Of a stretch of DNA of 64,000 bases, positions 59,919 through 64,000 are shown in pieces. The DNA lies in contig CBDAVP010000005.1 in the NCBI GenBank assembly GCA_965201075.1, positions 1 through 64,000 on the forward strand, written 5' to 3'. Each line of letters starts with the position of its first letter. The first letter of the stretch is position 1. The position numbers were made by a program, and so were the translations under genes. The DNA is from Isosphaeraceae bacterium. GTDB lineage: Bacteria; Planctomycetota; Planctomycetia; Isosphaerales; Isosphaeraceae. The notes beneath the pieces are model-generated. The model did not search any database. It saw only the letters and a list, made by a program, of their open reading frames with translations, and was not told the origin of the DNA.

Positions 59919-62480
59919 ATGACGATTTTCCAACGAGCCTTCCTCTTCACGCCGGCCCTCCTCGCTCTCACCATGTCGGTCCGGGGTCAAGCCCCCGTCG
60001 CGGCGCAAGCCCCCGTCGCGGCGCAAGCCCCCGCGGCGGCAACGGGGCCTGGGCCCGTCACGGCCCAACTCCCGGCTCCCGCGGAACTTCCCGAATCGCC
60101 GTTCGTCCCCTTGCCTCCGCCAGTTTTGGTCAAAATCGAGTTTGCCCCACCGCAAATCAACCTGGCGACCGCCAGGGATCGCCAGTCGTTCGTCGTCCAG
60201 GCCACCTTTGCCGACGGCCTCACTCGCGATGTCACGGCCGAATCCACCGTGACCCTGGCGGACGGTTCCAAGGCCCGTCGCGACGGCAACACGCTCTACC
60301 CGGTCGCCGATGGCGACACAGCGCTTTCCGTCAGCTTTGGCGGTCAGTCCCTCGCCATTCCGGTCTCGGTGGCCCACGCCGCCGAGCAGCCACCGGTCAG
60401 CTTCCGCCTGGATGTCATGCCGACGTTCATGAGAGCCGGCTGCAACACTGGAAGCTGCCACGGCTCGGCCCGCGGACGCGATGGCTTCCGTCTCTCACTC
60501 TTCGGCTTCGACCCGGCCGGCGACTACAACCGGATCACCCGAGAACAGCCCGGGCGCCGTGTCAACCTCGCGCTGCCCATCGAGAGCACCCTCCTGGAAA
60601 AAGCGATCGGCGCGGTTCCTCACACGGGCGGTCAGAAGTACATCAAAGATGGAGAGCTGTATCAGACGGTCCGCAACTGGATCGAGGCCGGAACTCCCAA
60701 CGACGATGTGACCAAGCTACCCACGGTCGTCGGTGTTGAACTCTATCCCACCAATGCCGTGCTCGACGGCACTGGAGCCACCCAGGCCCTGATCGTTCGG
60801 GCCAAATATTCCGATGGCACCGACCGAGACGTGACCTCCCTGGCCGTCTTTCTGACCAACAACGACGTCTCGGCCGCCGTCAGCCCCGCCGGAGTCATCA
60901 CCGCTGGAGCCCGCGGCGAGGCGTTCGTCATGGCTCGGTTCGACACCTTCACCGTTGGCTCTCAGGTTCTGGTTCTGCCCAAGGGTCTCGACTTTGAATA
61001 CCCCGCCGAGCCCGAAGGCAACGACATCGACAAGCTAGTCGCCGCCAAGCTCAAAAAACTCCGCATCGCTCCCTCCGGCCTCTGCTCCGACGAAGCGTTT
61101 CTCCGACGAGTCTACCTGGATGTCGTGGGCCTGATCCCCACCCCCGACGAGTACGCTCGCTTCATGACCTCGGCCTCTCCTAGCAAACGGGCTGAACTCA
61201 TCGACGAACTGTTGACCCGCAAGGAGTTCACGGAAATTTGGGTCAGCAAGTGGGCCGAGATGCTTCAGATACGCTCTTCGAACGAGATAAGCTACAAGGC
61301 CACCCTTTCCTACTACAACTGGTTGGTCGAGAAGATTTCCAAGAACACTCCGCTCGACCAGATGGTACGCGAGCTCCTGGGCGCCTCGGGCGGAACATTC
61401 AAATCCCCGGCCACGAACTTCTACCAGGCGACCAGGGAAACCCTGCCGCTCACCGAGAACGTCGCCCAGGTCTTTCTGGGGATGCGGATTCAGTGCGCCC
61501 AGTGCCACAACCACCCCTTCGACCGATGGACCCAGGATGACTATTACGGGTTCGCGGCATTCCTCTCGCAGGTTGGTCGCAAGCAGGCCGAGGACTACCG
61601 AGAACTCATCATCTTCAACGCGGGCGGTGGCGAGGTGAATCACCCCGTCGGCGGGCGGGTGATGAAGCCGAAGTTCCTGGGCGCCGAGGCTCCCGATGTA
61701 GCCGGCAAGGACCGTCGAGTCGTCCTGGCCGAGTGGCTCGCCTCCCCCCGCAATCCCTGGTTCGCCACGTCGTTCGCCAACCGTGTTTGGGCTCACTTCT
61801 TCGGGATCGGCATCGTCGAGCCGGTGGACGATGTTCGGGTCAGCAACCCCGCCTCCAACCCGGAACTCCTGGCCGAACTCGGTCGCCGCTTTACCGCCTC
61901 GAATTACGACCTCCGTGCCCTGGTCCGCGACGTTTGTAACTCCCGGGCCTATCAGCGTTCCACGCAGAGAGTCGAGTCCAACGCGCAGGACGAACGGAAT
62001 TTCGCCCATGCCAACCTCCGGCGGATCAAGTCCGAGAACCTTTTGGACGTGATCAGCGAGGTCACCGAGACCCAGGATAAGTTCCAGGGCCTCCCCAAGG
62101 GCGCCCGAGCGGTGCAGATCGCCGACGGCACGACGTCCTCGTACTTCCTGACGACCTTCGGCCGCGCCACCCGCGAAACCGTCTGCTCTTGCGAGGTGAA
62201 GATGGAGCCAACCCTCTCGCAGGCGCTCCACCTTCTCAACGGCAAGACGGTGAACGACAAGCTCAAGGATGGCGGCGTGGCTCGCAAGTTGGCCGAAGCG
62301 AAAGTTCCGCCTCCCGAGGCCATCGCTCAGCTGTACGTTCGCAGCTTGACTCGCCGCCCGACTCCCGAAGAACTCCAGACAATTCTTCCGGCCCTGGCCG
62401 CCGAGCCCGACCCGACCAAGACCCTGGATGACCTTTTCTGGGCGCTCCTCAACAGCCGAGAGTTCCTCTTCAACCACTAA
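59919..62480 (+). CDS. Ig-like (Big_2) + DUF1549/DUF1553 protein
   Basis: TRDVT/DRDVT Ig repeats, GCNTGSCHG, FRLSLFGFD, FLRRVYLD, IQCAQCHNHPFD and WALLNSREFLFNH. Confidence 0.95.
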   Translation: MTIFQRAFLFTPALLALTMSVRGQAPVAAQAPVAAQAPAAATGPGPVTAQLPAPAELPESPFVPLPPPVLVKIEFAPPQINLATARDRQSFVVQATFADGLTRDVTAESTVTLADGSKARRDGNTLYPVADGDTALSVSFGGQSLAIPVSVAHAAEQPPVSFRLDVMPTFMRAGCNTGSCHGSARGRDGFRLSLFGFDPAGDYNRITREQPGRRVNLALPIESTLLEKAIGAVPHTGGQKYIKDGELYQTVRNWIEAGTPNDDVTKLPTVVGVELYPTNAVLDGTGATQALIVRAKYSDGTDRDVTSLAVFLTNNDVSAAVSPAGVITAGARGEAFVMARFDTFTVGSQVLVLPKGLDFEYPAEPEGNDIDKLVAAKLKKLRIAPSGLCSDEAFLRRVYLDVVGLIPTPDEYARFMTSASPSKRAELIDELLTRKEFTEIWVSKWAEMLQIRSSNEISYKATLSYYNWLVEKISKNTPLDQMVRELLGASGGTFKSPATNFYQATRETLPLTENVAQVFLGMRIQCAQCHNHPFDRWTQDDYYGFAAFLSQVGRKQAEDYRELIIFNAGGGEVNHPVGGRVMKPKFLGAEAPDVAGKDRRVVLAEWLASPRNPWFATSFANRVWAHFFGIGIVEPVDDVRVSNPASNPELLAELGRRFTASNYDLRALVRDVCNSRAYQRSTQRVESNAQDERNFAHANLRRIKSENLLDVISEVTETQDKFQGLPKGARAVQIADGTTSSYFLTTFGRATRETVCSCEVKMEPTLSQALHLLNGKTVNDKLKDGGVARKLAEAKVPPPEAIAQLYVRSLTRRPTPEELQTILPALAAEPDPTKTLDDLFWALLNSREFLFNH
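59988..60033 (+). repeat. In-frame 18-bp tandem repeat (about 2.5 copies; encodes QAPVAA)
   Basis: CAAGCCCCCGTCGCGGCG x2 followed by CAAGCCCCCG. Confidence 0.9.
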
Positions 62481-62683
62481 AGCACTTTCCCCGATCCGCT
62501 AGCGGCCGAGGAAAAGGGGGCTGGTTCTCGTGACTCACGCCCGAGTTTTTTCACCCTGATCCACGGCCGCAAGTGTCATCCCCCTTTTTCCTCGACCCGA
62601 CCAACCCAACCCGCCCCTTCCCAATCCGCTCCGAACCGGTCGCGACGCCAACCACCGGCCCACCCCGCCCCGAGGTCCGAATC

Positions 62684-64000
62684 ATGCCCGTGCTCCGGAT
62701 CACCTCCGCCCGCCTCGCCTCCTCGCCGTTGCTGATGGTTCTGTGCCTCGCCACCATCGCCCCGGCCGATGAGCCCCCCAAGGCGAATTTCCTGGAGCAC
62801 GTCGCCCCGATCTTCCAGAACCGCTGCAATGCCTGCCACAATGCCGACAAGGCCAAGGGTGGTCTGGCGCTGGACAACTACGGAGCGGCGATGCGTGGCG
62901 GGGGCTCGGGAAAGGTTGTCGAGCCCGGGGCCCCGGACGACAGCCATCTTTGGCAGCTCGTGACTCACAACGAACAGCCCCACATGCCGCCCGAGGGTCC
63001 CAAGATTCCCGACGCCGAGCTTGACCTCATCAAGCGCTGGATCGAGGCTGGAGCCCCCGAGACCTCCGGTAGCGCCGTAATGGTCAAGGCCAAACCGAGA
63101 TTTGACTTCAAGCCGACCGCGGCCCCCGGCGCCGAGGTCCAGGGACCGCCCCCTCTGCCCGAAGGAGTCTCCACCGACCCGGTCGTCATCACCGCCCGGC
63201 CCAACGCCGTCCTCGGCCTGGCCACCAGCCCCCGCGGGCCTCTGGTCGCCGTCGCCGGCACCAAGCAGGTCCTCGCCTACCGCACCGATACCCGTCGCCT
63301 CGCCGGGGTCTACCCATTCCCCGAAGGGTCGATCCACGTCGTCCGCTTCTCCCGGGACGGCTCCCTCCTGCTTGCCGCCGGGGGGCGTGGGGGCCAGTCC
63401 GGCCGGGTCGTCGCCTGGGATGTCAAGACCGGCAAGCGCGTCTTCGAGGTGGGGAAGGAATACGACTCGGTCCTCGCCGCCGACCTCAGCCCCGACCACT
63501 CCATGGTTGCCCTCGGCGGCCCCGCCCGGGTGGTCCGGGTCTACAACACCGCCGACGGCGAACTGAAGTACGAGTTGCGCAAGCACACCGAATGGATCAC
63601 GGCCGTCGAGTTCAGCCCCGATGGGGTATTGCTCGCCAGCGGCGACCGCAACAACGGCCTGGTCGCCTGGGAGGCCGCCACGGGTCGCGAGTTTTATGAT
63701 CTGCGAGGGCACACCGGGGCCATCACGGATCTCTCATGGCGGCCCGACTCCAACATCCTGGCCTCCGCCTCCGAGGACGGGGGCGCTCGCTTCTGGGAGA
63801 TGGAAAATGGCACCCAGGTCAAGGCCTGGGGGCCCAACCCTGGCGGCGTGACCTCGATCCGGTTCAATAAGGACGGCCGCATCACGACGACCGGTCGAGA
63901 CCACGTCGCCCGGCTCTGGGGAGCCGACGGCAGCGGAATCCTCGGCCTCGAGCCCCTACCCGACCTTGCCACCCGCGCCGCCTTGACCGCCGACGGGACC
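62684..64000 (+). CDS. Planctomycete cytochrome c domain + WD40-repeat protein (runs off the right window edge)
   Basis: Manual translation: signal peptide, NFLEHVAPIFQNRCNACHNADKAKGGL..HMPP..IKRWI, then WD40 repeats (KHTEWITAVEFSPDG, GHTGAITDLSW). Confidence 0.92.
   Translation, partial: MPVLRITSARLASSPLLMVLCLATIAPADEPPKANFLEHVAPIFQNRCNACHNADKAKGGLALDNYGAAMRGGGSGKVVEPGAPDDSHLWQLVTHNEQPHMPPEGPKIPDAELDLIKRWIEAGAPETSGSAVMVKAKPRFDFKPTAAPGAEVQGPPPLPEGVSTDPVVITARPNAVLGLATSPRGPLVAVAGTKQVLAYRTDTRRLAGVYPFPEGSIHVVRFSRDGSLLLAAGGRGGQSGRVVAWDVKTGKRVFEVGKEYDSVLAADLSPDHSMVALGGPARVVRVYNTADGELKYELRKHTEWITAVEFSPDGVLLASGDRNNGLVAWEAATGREFYDLRGHTGAITDLSWRPDSNILASASEDGGARFWEMENGTQVKAWGPNPGGVTSIRFNKDGRITTTGRDHVARLWGADGSGILGLEPLPDLATRAALTADGT

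Noticed and set aside
57377..63712. Long minus-strand ORFs (753, 480 and 378 aa)
   Set aside because: Antisense shadows of the PPC, DUF1549 and WD40 genes.

Overview
GC-rich bacterial chromosomal window that is almost certainly from a planctomycete, probably Isosphaeraceae-like. The evidence is DUF1501 and DUF1549/DUF1553 genes, a DUF1559 prepilin-type protein, a planctomycete cytochrome c-WD40 protein and a giant LERRxLL-motif surface protein. It holds about 46 CDS, mostly core or housekeeping: gluQ, glyA, prfB with its programmed +1 frameshift, an upp-pdp-nupC-PNP salvage operon, metG, and glcD-like and Aas-like genes. I found no rRNA, tRNA, CRISPR array, integrase or transposase. Items most worth follow-up: (1) two DUF1501 + DUF1549/1553 modules, one extended with PPC-domain and cytochrome c-WD40 genes (a conserved exported complex of unknown function) and split by a Uma2 gene; (2) a branched-chain-type ABC transporter in three genes (binding protein fused to LivH, LivM fused to LivG), interrupted by an antisense PEP-CTERM gene; (3) a haloarchaeal-type (Asp-ligand) glucose dehydrogenase next to a KDG-kinase-like gene; (4) a highly structured intergenic RNA candidate before cvpA; (5) a small wHTH/membrane-protein regulon with a duplicated palindromic operator; (6) an apparent single-base frameshift in an FHA-kinase gene; (7) a 2898-aa surface protein with an unusual basic tail. 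All product calls come from recognising motifs by eye; no database searches were run.
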